A stretch of 64,000 nucleotides of DNA from Eledone cirrhosa (GCA_964016885.1 OZ024740.1:280178001-280242000); one strand, 5' to 3'; counted from the stretch's first letter, positions 13,761-26,969 are shown. Notes: generated by a model from the sequence alone, not told the origin. Numbers and translations: made by a program.

Positions 13761-14982
13761 CAAAGTCACTTCAAAAAGTTTGTGGCAAAAGTACATAGCT
13801 AAAAATCATATGCAGGGATTTTGATCTCAATGCACCTGCATGTTCTCATACCAACGTGTCATAACATGTTCTAACACAACCCCTTAAATGTTGCAATGTG
13901 GCGCTGCCAGCTGGAAGTCATCACCCGCTCGAGCAACATGTCCTCCATCAAAATTGACATCAGGACAAACATCAAATTCATGGTGAAGCTAAGGTGGAAG
14001 AGCAGCAATGAGACTCTGGAGCAAGTTTATGGGGACAATGTCCCAAAGAAATCAACAACCTACAAATGGATAAGTCATTTTAGAAGTGGAAGAGATGAGG
14101 TTGGAGATGATCCCCACAGTGGAAGGTCATCTATGTCAGTCTGTGTGGAAAACAGTGATGCTGTTCACAACCTAATTGAAAAGGATAGGTGAATAACCCA
14201 CTGAATCAGTAGCTGATACACTCAACATATTCATGGGTTCTGCACACACAATTCTGGTGGAGAGTTTGGGGCTGAGCAAGCTTTCTGCTTGATGAGTCCG
14301 AAAGCTGTTGTGCCCTAATCAGCAGCAAACAAGGGCAGATCTTTTGATGGAAATTTTGAACAAGTGAGATGAAGACCATGAAACTTTTCTGAAGAGAATT
14401 GCTACCTGGGAAGAAACATGGCTCTACCAGTACGATCCCAAGGACAAAACTCAATTGAAGCACTGGCTAACCAAGGGGTGGAAGTGGGGTAGTCAAGGCA
14501 AAATCAGAGAGTTCAAGAGAGAAGGTTATGGCAACTGTCTTCTGGGATGCAGAAAAGATTTTGCACTAGTTGGCTTCCTTGAGAACAAGAGAACAATTAC
14601 AGCTGCATATTATGAAAGCGTTTTGAGAAAACTGGCCAAGAAAATTGCGGAAAAATGCCCGGGGAAGCTGAATTGTTGTGTTCTCTTCCACCTCAACAAT
14701 CCCGACACCCACCCTATAATCCCGATTTAGCCCAATCCAACTTCTTTCTGTTTCCAAACCTGAAAAAATCATTGAAAGGTACCCATTTTCCATCAGCTGA
14801 AGATGTAAATAAAGCTGCTTTGACGTGTTTTAAATCACATGACCCTCAGTTTTACACCGATGGACTTAAAGGATGGTATCAACACTTGCTCCTAGATGAA
14901 GCATATATTTAAAAATAAACATCATAACTTAAACCAATTTTTTCCAACTGTCCTTTTCCACAAACTTTTTGAAGCACCCACG
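13761..14982 (+). mobile_element. Mariner DNA transposon, Hsmar2/irritans-like, with pseudogenised transposase (about 13938-14910)
   Basis: TIR core cttcaaaaagtttgtgg / ccacaaactttttgaag; TA on both flanks; IRTNIKFMVKL, YGDNVPKKS..YKW, PPYNPDLA.S.FFLFPNLKKSLKG. Confidence 0.93.
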
Positions 14983-15029
14983 TACATCAGGGAGCAATGG
15001 AGGCTACGGTCACAAGAGCAATTAAAGTG

Positions 15030-15655
15030 CTCAAATGTAGCAAGGCCTCTGAAGAGGATGAAATTTGACCCAAGATGTTAAAAACCTAAAATAGAGAAGA
15101 TGTTCTCTGACTGACTCATGTGTGCCAAGTGGCCTGGTTCTCTGGAAAGGTACTTACACAATGGCAATCAGAAGTGATAATCCCAATTTTCAAAAAGAGA
15201 GACAAAGGAGATTGCTCTAATTATAGTTAAGCCTCCCCTGTAAAGTTTATGCTAAGTGTCTGGCAAAGAGATGTAGGGAGATTTTGAGTTCAAACTAGCT
15301 GATGAACAGTAGTTTTTGCCCTGGAAGCAGCACAGCCAACCAAATATTCACACTGCAGCAGATCTTCATGAAATCGTGGGAGTATTGCTAAAAGGTGTAT
15401 GCTTGTTTCGTAGACCTCAAAAAGGCATATGACAGCATTGCTCAGGCCCTATTGTAGAAGTGTGGGATCAATGGGCAGCTTGATGTTGCTCTGATGTCTC
15501 GATATGAACGCCCTAGTATTTGCATTTGGATGAATAAGTTAAATTGAAACCATTCAATGTAGGTGCCATACTGTCACATTTCCTGTTTATAATTTTTATG
15601 GATGAGGTTGACATGTGCAGCTGGGTTGGAAGTGGTATCAGGACCTGCGAATGTA
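15030..15655 (+). mobile_element. RTE RT remnant
   Basis: IIPIFKKRDKGDCSNY, CFVDLKKAYDSI, LFIIFMD; many stops. Confidence 0.75.
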
Positions 15656-16827
15656 GGATCAGAATATTCAGAAATTTTTCAGAGCACCCAATCTTTTCCA
15701 ATGTTCACCACAAAGCCCACCTGTTGACCAAGTCAAATGTTTTGGTGAGATATACAAAGACCTGTTACAAATCAATACATTGTTCTAAGTACTTCTCTTG
15801 CAATTGTTGGCAGAAAAGGGTTTCATGATGGCATGGTTGCTTATGTAATTGTATGTGGAAGCTGTGTTAATCCATAAGTGTTAGGAATGGAGTGAAGGAG
15901 GGAGATATTCCTTCTCCTACAATGTTTGCTTTGTACTTCACAATGGTATTTCAACTGGCTTTTGAAGACTGTAGGCATGGAGCATATGTATGCTATTAAA
16001 CAACTGGAAATGTCTTCAACATCAGACATTTTAAGGCAAAGACAAAGGTATTTTTGACATTGGTGAAGGATTTACTCTATGCTGATGATTGTTACCTTGT
16101 GGCTCACACAGAAAATGATATGCAACATCTGATGGATGTTTTTGAGAAGGCTCGTACTGCCTTGGAGCTGACAATAAGTCTCAAGAAGACTGTGATGTAT
16201 GGAAAGCACCTTGGAGTAGTAGTTTGCCATCAAGTCTTACAATTTGGATGAAGTGAATTTCAAGATTCAGAAAATAAGTCATGCTTTTGACAAGCTTGAA
16301 GTGTGTCTATGGTTCCAACATGGGATTTCACTGCTGATTGAAGTAAAAGTGTATAATGCATATGTTCTCACACCATTATTGTATGCTTGTGAAACACAGG
16401 TAACTTACAGGCATCACTACAAAAACTCAGAAATATTACTGGAATTGACTGGAGATACCATTTAATTGACACCAAGTTTCTTGAGAGAACGTACTGTCTC
16501 TGGTTATGGAAAACAGACTGAAGTGGAGTGGTCATGTGGATGACAGCCAGCTTCCCAAGAGGATGTTGTATGGTGAACTGGCCAGTGGAAAGTGACCACC
16601 TCATAAGCCCAGGAACAGATACAAGGACTATCTTAAAGAGTCACTTATACACATTAACATTAATATTGCAACATGGGAAACTGAAGCCTTTGATAGAAAT
16701 AAATAAAGATGATTTATCAAGAAAAAATTGTTTTTGAGTTTTCTTGGGCACAACATGAGAAATTTAAAAGGGATGCCAGAAAGGGTCTGGCTGTCAAATT
16801 ATCACAACAAATTGATGTCCATGGTTT

Positions 16828-17222
16828 CATCATCATCATCATCATCATCCTTTTCCGTCAGCTTTTCCCTGTTTGCAAGGGTGGGACGTGAACTGATTCT
16901 GGCTTGATTTCTACAGCTGGATGCCCTTCCTAACACCAACCTCATTTACAGTGAGTGCTGGGTACTTTTTTCCATGGCGCCTACACGTCCACTTTACAGT
17001 GTGGGTTGGGTGCTTTTTTTTTTTTGCCGTGGCACCTCCACGACCACTTTGCAGTGGAATGATAGGGACCCCAGTCCCTATCATCTCATTTCTACAGCTG
17101 AGTAAACTGGAGCAATGTGAAATAAAGTGTCTTGCTCAAGGAAACAACACATCACCTGGTCTGAGAATTGAACTCACCACCTTTCGATTGCAAGGCCAAT
17201 GCTCTAACCACTAAGCCATGTG
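16828..17222 (-). mobile_element. SINE family B with two 40 bp units
   Basis: As 6058-6387, plus one extra internal unit. Confidence 0.9.
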
Positions 17223-17429
17223 TGAAATCTGCAACAGATTCTGTCTCAGCAAGGCTGGGAAGAAAAGAATCTTTGCAGTCATGAATATAGAGCTCCTGCC
17301 AATTACCAAATTGCCATGGCCAGAAATGCAAAATGCACATAGAGTAGCTGTGGCAAAAGATGCAAGTCGGCTGGTTGCCTAAAAAGACACATTAAAGTGC
17401 ATAATGAGTCTCCTCAAGAGGTCAATAAT

Positions 17430-17617
17430 TGTTTCTACTTTTGGCACAAGGCCAGAAATTATCCCAGTACATTACTGGTACTTTATTTTATCGACCCCGT
17501 AAGGATGAAAGGCAAAGTTAACCTTGGCGGGATTTGAACTCAGATCATAAAGGGATGTAACTCTATGCTTCAAAGCATGGCGCCCGACTCTCTACCGATA
17601 CTGCCAATCCACCCCCG
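17430..17617 (-). mobile_element. SINE family A with 18 bp TSD
   Basis: TSD cctcaagaggtcaataat at 17412-17429 and 17636-17653. Confidence 0.92.
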
Positions 17618-17768
17618 TTGACATAACATTATTGACCTCAAGAGGTCAATAATGTTATGTCAAGAGTGTTGCACACCTGCCAAATCTGTGCAAACATCCA
17701 TATGACTGAAGCTGATATCATTTCATAGCCATATTTGATCATAAGGTAGCTGCCAACATGTATGTATA

Positions 17769-17801
<33 letters not shown>

Positions 17802-17899
17802 GCATGTCTGTCTGTCTGTCTGTATGTATGTATGTGTGTGTGTATGTGTGTGTGTGTGTGCATGTATGTATCTCCTCTTAATTTTGAGTACATTTTTGA

Positions 17900-18260
17900 C
17901 TGGCCACCTTCCTGGTGGCAAAATTGTAAAAGAAAAGAAATTGTCATACCTTGAATCACAAGAATGTTTTGCAAATTTTGAAGGTGCCAGCTATTGTAGC
18001 CATTTGTAGTCTATGAATTAGGGAGTTGTACTCTTTGTCCACAAATCCAAGTTCAGTTATACTTTGGTCCAATAATAATGGGTATGAAGCTGAAGGTTTA
18101 TCTTGGATACTGGATCTGCAAACTAATCATGAATGGCCCATAGATGTCCTCCTTCTCTTTTATTTTTCTTACAACGTTGACATCAAGTGGGCAGCTGATC
18201 TCTACAACAGAGCACGTTTTCAATGTATGGTCCCAAACAACAATATCAGGCCAGTTGTGC
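17900..18260 (-). mobile_element. RLE-type (R4/Dong-like) non-LTR retrotransposon 3' remnant
   Basis: HNWPDIVVWD..KTCSVVEISCP.D....K..EK is a PD-(D/E)xK restriction-like endonuclease motif. Confidence 0.75.
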
Positions 18261-18708
18261 TTTGTATGTATGTATGTATGTGTGTATGTATGTATGAGTG
18301 TATGTATGTATGCATGTATGTATGTACGTATGGTGCCAGTGTAATGGTTGTCTCTCAGCCACAGGAGATAATCTCTATTGGAAGCAGTTACCATAATTCT
18401 CACAGCAGTGGTCAAGTCACAGATGATATTGTTTATGATAATGAACTTCTTCACAATTTCTTCAACAGAAAGACCCCTCTGAAACTATCAACATGTCACC
18501 TCAGCAACACCAACTTCACAACCAAACAACAAGTGTCTTACATTCAGAAGATTCATAGTCCTACAAATCATTCATGGTTCTTCTTCCAGTGTTGGCTTCT
18601 GATGACGATGAAGAGCACTGTACATCAACAGAAATTGAAAATCATTCTCAGACTTCATAAAATTTAAATATATGTATATATGCTAGCAGCAAAAATGTAT
18701 GTTAAATG

Positions 18709-18759
<51 letters not shown>

Positions 18760-19016
18760 CAAAGGTAAGAAATTGTTAACATGATTAATAATTTCATGTA
18801 TTAATAAAAATGTTAATACATAAATATATATATATGTGTATGCTTGTATGTATATATGTATGCTTGTATGTATATATGTATGTATATATGTGTGTATATA
18901 TATGTATATGTGTGTGTATATATGTGTATATATGTGTGTATATATATGTATATGTGTGTGTATGTATGTGTGTATATGTGTGTATATATGTGTGTATATA
19001 TATGTGTGTGTGCTAT

Positions 19017-19626
19017 GTCAGGTCACCAGTTGGTGCTACTGGTAACATGTATCCCAGTACAACCTGTCTCATGGTCGGGTCGTTGGCGACTAAACTGGCA
19101 ACCCCACCAAGGTTTCTTGGTGAGGAGGGTGACTTTGGACATCCTGCAGGACTAAAAACAAAACCTGTCAAAGGGCAAAGGAGCTCTTAAGAGTCAATGG
19201 CCATCCAAAATCACCGGGAGAGATGACCCCTTAGCCTTTGTCAAGGCAGAATTCTAGGAGAAGGAAAACTCTGATATAACACCTGCAACCCTGATGGTAT
19301 CCAATGATGTTGATTTGTTCTTCTTTTTGGTACATATCATCTTGGTTAAGAGAGTGGGACTGGCTTTGTGCAGTGCCTTTGCTCACTATAAAAGCTTCAC
19401 AGCACAGGCATTGCTTTATATTTGGAGATCTCTCTGCACTTGTCGTCACATGGTACCATGGGCCCAGCACTATGTGTCAATAATTGTCACAAGTGTAGTG
19501 TTTGTACCAGAGTTTTCAAGTCGCTGGCTGGACTAAAAAGTCACACTTGTTCAGCGCATGGGTAGGGGTTCTCCTACATGGATATAAAGTAGTGGCCATA
19601 TTCGAAAACGAGTTGGCAGCCACCAT
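19017..19626 (+). mobile_element. About 610 bp bipartite non-autonomous RTE-derived element, copy 1
   Basis: RTE-like 5' UTR (ctaggagaaggaaaactctga) fused to a 3' end encoding [17 protein letters not shown]; ends gcagccacca + microsatellite. Confidence 0.75.
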
Positions 19627-19946
19627 ATATATGTGTATATATGTGTGTATATATATGTGTATATATATGTGTATGTATATGTATATATATGTGTATGTAT
19701 ATGTATATATATGTCTATATATATGTATGTATATGTGTATATATATGTATATATATGTATATATATGTGTATATATGTGTATATGTATGTATATATATAT
19801 GTATATATATGTATATATATGTGTATATATATGTATATATATATGTATATATATGTGTATATATATATGTATATATATATGTGTGTATATATATGTGTAT
19901 ATATGTGTGTATATATATATGTATATATATATGTATATATATATGT

Positions 19947-19977
<31 letters not shown>

Positions 19978-20256
19978 TGTATATGTATGTATATGTATGT
20001 ATATGTATGTATATGTATGTATGTGTATGTATATGTATATATATGTGTATATATATGTGTATATATGTGTGTATATATATGTGTATATATATGTGTATAT
20101 ATATGTGTATATATATGTGTATATATATGTGTATATGTATGTATATATATATACGTATATATGTGTGTATATATATGTATATATATATGTGTATATATAT
20201 GTATATATATATGTGTATATATGTATATATGTGTATATATGTGTATATATATATAT
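19627..20256. repeat. Compound (TA)/(TG)/(TATG) microsatellite
   Basis: Direct reading. Confidence 0.97.
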
Positions 20257-20848
20257 GTCACTCATACACTTACACCTCTCCAAGACAATGTCACTGGACC
20301 GAGACCTTTGGCGGTACTCAGTAATAGAGAAGACCCGCCTTACCTAAATACAAAGTAAAACCTACTACAGTCAGTAGGCATCTCTAACAAAATACACCCC
20401 CGTCCCCCACCCCCACCTCATCCACACCGCCCCTTTCAATGTAAAGTTATGTTGGTGCCACAACATCCAGGCCGAAACAAATGAGATCGTGTAGGTGTCA
20501 CGACAAAAAACACACAGTCCACGCTGTAATGTGGCCGTGTAAGCAACACGGTAAAAACCTCCCAGCCCCACACTGTAAATGTGGTTGGTGTTAGGAAGGG
20601 CATCCAGCTGTAGAAAACCCGCCAGACAGTCCACGCTGTAATGTGGCCGTGTAGGCAACACGGTAAAAACCTCCCAGCCCCACACTGTAAATGTAGGTTG
20701 GTGTTAGGAAGGGCATCCAGCTGTAGAAAACCCGCCAGATAGTCCTATCCGAGCAAGATAATCACTCTTGCCTCAAGTGGGAAAACCCCCGTCCAAACCC
20801 ATACAAGCGTGGAACACGGACGTTAAACGTTGATGATGATGATGATCA
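20257..20848 (+). mobile_element. RTE 3' end with repeat-bearing 3' UTR
   Basis: [25 protein letters not shown], then 40 bp-type units, an internal tandem duplication and a (GAT)n tail. Confidence 0.85.
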
Positions 20849-21326
20849 TGTGTGTATATATATATGTATATATGTGTATATATATATGTATATATGTGTA
20901 TATATATATATATGTATATATGTGTATATATATATGTATATATGTGTATATATATATGTATATATGTGTAGATATATATATGTATATATGTGTATATATA
21001 TATGTATATATGTGTATATATATATGTATATATGTGTATATATATATGTATATATGTGTATATATATATGTATATATGTGTATATATATATATGTATATA
21101 TGTGTATGTATATATGTATATATGTGTATATATATGTGTATATATGTGTATATGTAAGTGTATATATGTGTATATATTTGTGTATATATGTGTATGTATG
21201 TGTATGTGTATGTGTATATATGTGTATATGTATATGTATATATGTGTGTGTATATGTGTATATATATATATGTATATATGTGTATATATATGTGTATATA
21301 TGTGTATATATATATGTATATATATA
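20849..21326. repeat. Compound TA/TG microsatellite
   Basis: Direct reading. Confidence 0.97.
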
Positions 21327-22374
21327 GGGTTTTCGAGTCATTTATCTGGGTTGTTTCCTAAGTTTTTACTTAACTGCATGTGAGACTTAAGTAAATACTT
21401 TTGTTTTTGTTTTTTAATTTCCGGTTAATGTTATTTATTTATTTATTAATACTACTGTGCATTCTATTTTCTGTCTGGCTCTTATTCACTCATCCACATA
21501 TATGTCTGTTTACCAACCTTGTATTTATAAGTAATTATATATTATATTATGTTCATTATTTTATATTGAAGTTGTTATTGTACTATTGATCCTTATTACT
21601 TACCGATGATTTTATTGATTTTATGAACCATTTTGATATGTTAAATTTTATATATCATGTAAGATGTTTATATTTTTGTACCATCATAATTTTAGGTATT
21701 GTACAATTTATATTTTTTCTCACCTACTCTGTAACTCTATATGAATTGATTTGTTAACTTACATGCCATTATATATTATATATTATTATATTATTATTAT
21801 AGTATTATTGTGACATCTATATTGTTTGTGTAAATTAACCGGCGATTATCTATTATATTATATTATATATTATGTAATTATATAGTTACTTAATATTATA
21901 TGTGTTACTTTTAATCATTCCATTACTTCATGTATATTGGATATACGTATTATTATTATTTTTATTCCTATTATGCTTATTTATATTTAAACTCTTAATA
22001 AGGTTTAATTTGTGCTGTTAATGATGGATATGTGTATTGATGTATATGTATATGTGCGTATGCGTGCGTACATATATACATGTGTATATTGTGCCTTTTA
22101 ATCTTAATTTTTAATTTTAATTTTGATATTGTTATAAGTATATTATATTATATTGTATTGTATTATATATAATTCCCGCTCTATATAACCACCTTTGTTT
22201 AGCTCTAGTTTTTTGCTTTGGACTATATTTGTAATATGGTTCAAAATGTTATCCACCTCCTTAGTGATTTTTATTATATATTTTACCCATAATCTTCCAA
22301 TATATTAGTGTATGTACACTCCATATTCTTCGGAGTTTTCGGCTTGTATTGGCCGATAGTACTTCTTGTGGTTT

Positions 22375-22422
22375 TGATTGCCCTGATGAGTTCTTAATAG
22401 GACGAAACATTGTTGGCTAATA
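22375..22422 (+). ncRNA. Minimal type I hammerhead ribozyme (Penelope-type)
   Basis: gcc-CTGATGA-gttc ttaata ggac-GAAA-cattg-TT-ggc: both core boxes, stem II, short stem III and stem I gcc/ggc; AATAAA follows. Confidence 0.7.
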
Positions 22423-22577
22423 AAGACTTTTGATGTATTGAAGGCTTCTTTGTTTTATTTTCATAATATGTATATATATATGTATGTATATGTATATATA
22501 TATATGTATGTATATGTATATATGTGTGTGTATATATATGTATATATATGTGTATATATATGTATGTATATATATGA

Positions 22578-23594
22578 ATCATCATCATCATCATCATCAT
22601 CGTTTAACGTCCATGTTCCACGCTTGCATGGGTTTGGACGGGAGTTTTCCCACTTGAGGCAAGAGTGGTTGTCTTGCTCGCATAGGACTGTCTGGCGGGT
22701 TTTCTACAGTTGGATGCCCTTCCTAACACCAACCACATTTACAGTGTGGGTCTGGGAGGTTTTTACCGTGTTGCCTACACGGCCACATTACAGCGTGGAC
22801 TGTCTGGCGGGTTTTCTACAGCTGGATGCCCTTCCTAACACCAACCACATTTACAGTGTGGGACTGGGAGGTTTTTACCGTGTTGCCTACACGGTCACAT
22901 TACAGCGTGGAATGTGTATTTTTTTGTCGTGACACCTACACGATCTCATTTGTTTCGGTCTGGATTTTGTGGCACCAACATAACTTTACATTGAAAGGGG
23001 CGGTGTGGATGGGGTGGGGGTGGTGGGACGGGGGTGTATTTTGTTAGAGATGCCTACTGACTGTAGTAGGTTTTACTTTGTATTTAGGTAAGGCGGGTCT
23101 TCTCTATTACTGAGTACTGCCAAAGGTCTCGGTCCAGTGACATTGTCTTGGAGAGGTGTAAGTGTGTGAGGTCGGAATTTATCAGCTCGTCCCAGGTTTT
23201 TCTGGGTCTGCCTACTCCGTGGCTACCGTCTATCTTTATTGCCCTGCACTTTGCTATACAGCTGTCGTCTTTCATCACATGACCATACCAACGTAGCCTT
23301 CTCTCGAGTAAACAACATCTGATCCCTCTTATTTCTAATTTTTTCCTTAGTTCGTTTATGCTTTGCCGTTCGCGTATATTACTATTACACATCCAGCGGA
23401 GCATGCAAGCTTCGTTCCTCTCTAGTCTGCGTATATCCTCTGCACACAATGCCCAGGTCTCACTGCCATGCAACATTGCTGTTCGTATGCAGGCATCATA
23501 CAACCTGCCTTTCATTTTTAGGGAGAACCCTTTAGCGGCTAATAGTGGTATAAGCTCTCTGAACTTTTTCCATCCAGTTCTGACTCTAGCTACT
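22578..23594 (-). mobile_element. RTE 3' fragment with repeat-bearing 3' UTR
   Basis: Open frame [14 protein letters not shown]...KTRLT*; the 3' part is an inverted near-copy of 20257-20848. Confidence 0.9.
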
Positions 23595-24498
23595 GTATAT
23601 ATATATATATGTATATATATGTATGTGTATATATGTGTATGTATATATATGTATATATATATGTATGTATATATATGTATATATATATATATGTATATAT
23701 ATGTATATGTGTGTATGTATATATATCTATATATATGTATATATATATATATGTATATATGTGTATATATATATGTATGTATGTGTGTGTATGTATATAT
23801 TTGTATATATATGTGTATATATATGTGTATATATATGTGTATATATGTGTGTATATGTGTGTATATATGTGTGTATATATGTATATATATATGTGTATAT
23901 ATGTGTATGTATATATGTATATATGTGTATATATATGTATATATGTGTATATATGTGTATATATGTGTATATATATATATGTATATATGTGTATATATGT
24001 GTATGTATATATGTGTATATATGTGTATATATATATGTATATATGTGTATATATGTGTGTATATATGTGTATATATATATGTATATATGTGTATATATAT
24101 ATATGTATATATGTGTATATATATATGTGTACATATATATGTATATATGTGTATATATATGTGTATATAGATGTATATATATGTGTATATGGATGTGTAT
24201 GTATATGTATATATATGTGTATATATGTGTATATATATGTGTATATATGTGTATATATGTGTATGTATATATGTGTATGTATATATGTGTATGTATATGT
24301 GTGTATGTATGTATGTGTATATATATGTATGTGTATATATATGTACATGTATATATATGTATGTGTATATATATGTATGTGTATATATATGTATGTGTAT
24401 ATATATATATGTGTATATATATGTATGTATATGTATATGTATATGTATGTGTATATATATGTGTGTATATGTATATGTATGTATATAAATATGTATGC

Positions 24499-24537
<39 letters not shown>

Positions 24538-24825
24538 TGTATGTATATATATATGTATGTATGTATATATATATGTATGTATATATGTATGTATATATGT
24601 ATGTATGTGTGTGTGTGTATATGTGTGTGTATATATATATGTATATATATATGTTATATGTATGTATATATATATATATATACATGGCAGCCACCATGTA
24701 TGCATGTATGTATGTATGCATGCATGTTTGTATATATGTATGCATGCATGTATGCATGCATGCATGCTTGTATGTATGTATGTATGTATGTATGTATGTA
24801 TGCATGTATGTATGTATGTATGTAT
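23595..24825. repeat. About 1.2 kb compound TA/TG/TATG microsatellite
   Basis: Direct reading. Confidence 0.97.
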
Positions 24826-25376
24826 TCCGGGAGAGATGACCCTTAGCCTTTGTCAAGGCAGAATTCTAGGAGAAGGAAAACTCTGATATAACACCTGCAA
24901 CCCTGATGGTATCCAATGATGTTGACTTGTTCTTCTTTTTGGTAAATATCATCTTGGTTAAGAGAGTGGGACTGGCTTTGTGCAGTGCCTTTGCTCACTA
25001 TAAAAGCTTCATGGCACAGGCATTGCTTTATATCTGGAGATCTCTCTGCACTTGTCGTCACATGGTACCATGGGCCCAGCACTATGTGTCAATAATTGTC
25101 ACAGGTGTAGTGTTTGTACCAGAGTTTTCAAGTCGCTGGCTGGACTAGAAAGTCACACTCGTTCAGCGCATCGGTAGGGGTTCTCCTACATGGATATAAA
25201 GTAGTGGCCGTACTCGAAAACGAGTTGGCAGCCACCATGTATGTATGTATGTATGTATGTATGTATGTATGTATGTATGTATGTATGTATGTATGTATGA
25301 AGGAAAACTCTGATATAACACCTGCAACCCTGATGGTATCCAATGATGTTGACTTGTTCTTCTTTTTGGTAAATAT
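24826..25376 (+). mobile_element. Bipartite RTE-derived element, 5'-truncated copy plus partial tandem copy
   Basis: Matches 19213-19626; after (TATG)n it restarts at gaaggaaaactctg (about 25279). Confidence 0.85.
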
Positions 25377-26594
25377 GTACGTATATATGTGCGGGAACAT
25401 GGAAATACTTGGTATGGTGCCTGAGCACACGGTTAGCTCACCAAGAGTGAGAGACCCCTAGTTCTTGTTAGGATATCATTCTAGGAGAAGGAAAACTGTG
25501 ACTCGATGTAAACCTGACTCGATGACTGTTCAGAGAATGCCAGAAAAAACCCCAAAAAACTTCAAGCACAGGCATCTCTTGACTTGCATGTGAGTTGCGT
25601 GAGCATGGTGTTTTCTTTTTTCTTTTGCTGCAGCTTATGCAAAAAGGAATTTAAGTCCTTGGTAGGTCCAAAAAAGCCATGTTTACGCCCCCCCCCCCCC
25701 ATGTATGATAAAAAGGTCAAGGGATGGCAATTCTTGAAATTGAAATGTAGCCATTATGTATGGGGCGTAATGTATATGTCAATAAACAAAATTCCTAATT
25801 ATGGTAAAAAAATCCTTAGCATTGATTAGATTTGGGGATGAATGGAAGTCAAGAGAGTAAGTATTGACACCAAATCCAGAGTTAACTATCAAAGATGGTT
25901 GAAATTAATATTAATAATTTTTCCACTGGCTTCTACATCTAAGTAAATTCTGAATATAGAACACAACATTCTGAACCAAATTTGTAAATTTGTGATATGT
26001 TGTTATTGTTGGTAGTGGTAGTGTTAAGGCAATGTGGGACCTCCTTTACAATCTACTAAGTCTTGTATCTTGAAGATGTTATAGCAATTGCCTAAATATG
26101 ACATCTAAATGCAAGAAATATTCAATGTGACTAAAATGACACATGTGATGCTACTATTTTCTTCAAATATGCTTATATAAGGGATGATCAATAATGAGTG
26201 TATATTTGTGTTTATGTTTGTTTATGTTTGTATATATATTCATGTTTATTACTCATATTTAATAAGGAGGTTTAAGAAAGTCTGCTTTCAATTTTCACTT
26301 CCTTTTATTTGTTTCCTAAACATTTTGATGGTTTATATTGCGGTGTTCATTTTTCAAATCCTGTTAATTTTGCATATTCTATCAATCATTTATAAGACAT
26401 TTTTAGTGAGAGCAAATTTACATTTCTATATTATTCAATCAATATCAAATCAAGTAATTTATCAAGTTTCTAAAGTTATTACAAATAAGTTGAGCATTCA
26501 CATCATTCCACCCAATCAAGCCAATTGAATGTTAATATATAGTTTAAAAAAAAAAATCTAATTAAATTATAATATGAATATTAAAACCTAATAT

Positions 26595-26937
26595 GGAGGC
26601 ACATGGCTTAGTGGTTAGAGCATTGGCCTTGCAATCGAAAGGTTGTGAATTCAATTCTCAGACCGGGTGATGTGTTGTTTCCTTGAGCAAGACACTTTAT
26701 TTCACATTGCTCCAGTTTACTCAGCTGTAGAAATGAGATGATAGGGACTGGGGTCTCTATCATTCCACTGCAAAGTGGTCGTGGAGGTGCCACGGCAAAA
26801 AAAGTACCCAGCACTCACTGTAAATGAGGTTGGTGTTAGGAAGGGCATCCAGCTGTAGAAATCAAGCCAGAATCAGTTCCCGTCCCACCCTTGCAAGCAG
26901 AGGAAAAGTGGACGTAAAATGATGATGATGATGATGA
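26595..26937 (+). mobile_element. SINE family B, full length
   Basis: tRNA-like head, CORE-like segment, (GAT)n tail. Confidence 0.92.
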
Positions 26938-26969
26938 ATATAATAGTCATTGATATTAAAATTGACAAA

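Larger units (their letters stand above)
15656..17760 (+). mobile_element. RTE LINE with inverted 5' segment, interrupted by two SINEs
   Basis: FHDGM, DLLYADD, LLYACET; zinc-finger-like end and (TATG) tail; 15656-15818 is on the minus strand. Confidence 0.8.

Noticed and set aside
19502-24886. Tyr/Ile/His/Cys-rich ORFs
   Set aside because: These are translations of TA/TG microsatellites. Only the C-terminal RTE part of 23084-24856 is real coding remnant.
26595-26670. tRNA genes at SINE heads
   Set aside because: A and B boxes are present, but there is no complete cloverleaf and the sequence continues into SINE bodies.
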